Under the pieces are notes generated by a model. That model did not search any database and was not told the origin of the DNA. It saw only the letters and a list, made by a program, of their open reading frames with translations. Below, one piece after another: positions 63,561 through 64,000 of a stretch of 64,000 bases of DNA. The stretch covers positions 186,001 through 250,000 of the forward strand of contig NIVC01001000.1 of NCBI GenBank assembly GCA_002269645.1, read 5' to 3'. Origin of the DNA: Macrostomum lignano. Lineage: Eukaryota. Each line of letters begins with the position of its first letter. Positions within the stretch are counted from its first letter, which is position 1. The position numbers were made by a program, and so were the translations under genes.

Positions 63561-64000
63561 GTATGTGTGTGTCTGTGCCAAGTCTCATAACTCATAGAGA
63601 GATTATCTGTCTGCCAGTGTATTTCCTACTTACCAACCGCATACAGTCTCTAGAACCATAAATTTCTAACCCTAAAGTTTGCATTTGAAAAGCAGAGAAA
63701 ATAGACACAATATCAGTGCTTTACTGTCTGCCCCACGACAAGCTCTATACTATCAAGCCTCATTTGACAGTTTAATTGACAAAGTAAACAGAGTTTGATA
63801 AATTTGAGTTTTCTGTTTTCAGGTTTAGTTAGCAGCTCAGAGGTGCAGCTAAATTGTCAACATTGTTTAATTTTTACCTGCGATTCTGTATCTCTGGCTA
63901 AACTCGACCTAGCGAAATGTGAGTTTGCATTTTGTCTCATTTAACTAGAATTTTGAGACTAATCTTTCTTATTCTGATACGCTGGTATGCAAGAGCTACA

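Noticed and set aside
59935-63661. Numerous repeat-derived ORFs on both strands
   Set aside because: All are translations of 22-, 30-, 31- and 35-bp minisatellites.

Overview
Eukaryotic (metazoan, invertebrate-like) genomic DNA with GT-AG introns and many minisatellites. The style resembles a flatworm such as Macrostomum, but that is a low-confidence impression. (1) 1-20.9 kb is a head-to-tail array of at least seven ~2.8-3.5 kb units (Z1-Z7). Each unit is an intronless C2H2 zinc-finger ORF built from near-identical 84-bp finger repeats, then one or more out-of-frame fingers, then a 24-bp minisatellite and an AT-rich spacer. Finger variation is concentrated at helix positions -1, +3 and +6 (PRDM9-like). 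Z5/Z6 are chimeras of Z7 (5') and Z4 (3'), as expected from unequal crossover. (2) 21-23 kb holds a deleted mariner element and a BEL/Pao remnant. (3) 23.7-35.4 kb is a complete 8-exon TTC7 gene (799 aa) whose intron 4 carries a near-intact hAT transposon and a tRNA-derived SINE. (4) 38.9-40.0 kb is a 2-exon PAN-like + fibrinogen-domain gene. (5) 40.7-45.7 kb is a full-length but inactivated Ty3/Gypsy element. (6) 46.1-48.0 kb is an hAT-type MITE with a nested, internally deleted Ginger element. (7) 48.7-59.2 kb is a 3-exon PAAT/C10orf88-like gene (286 aa) with repeat-filled introns. (8) 59-64 kb is further tandem repeats. Protein identities come from my recall of family sequences, not from database searches.
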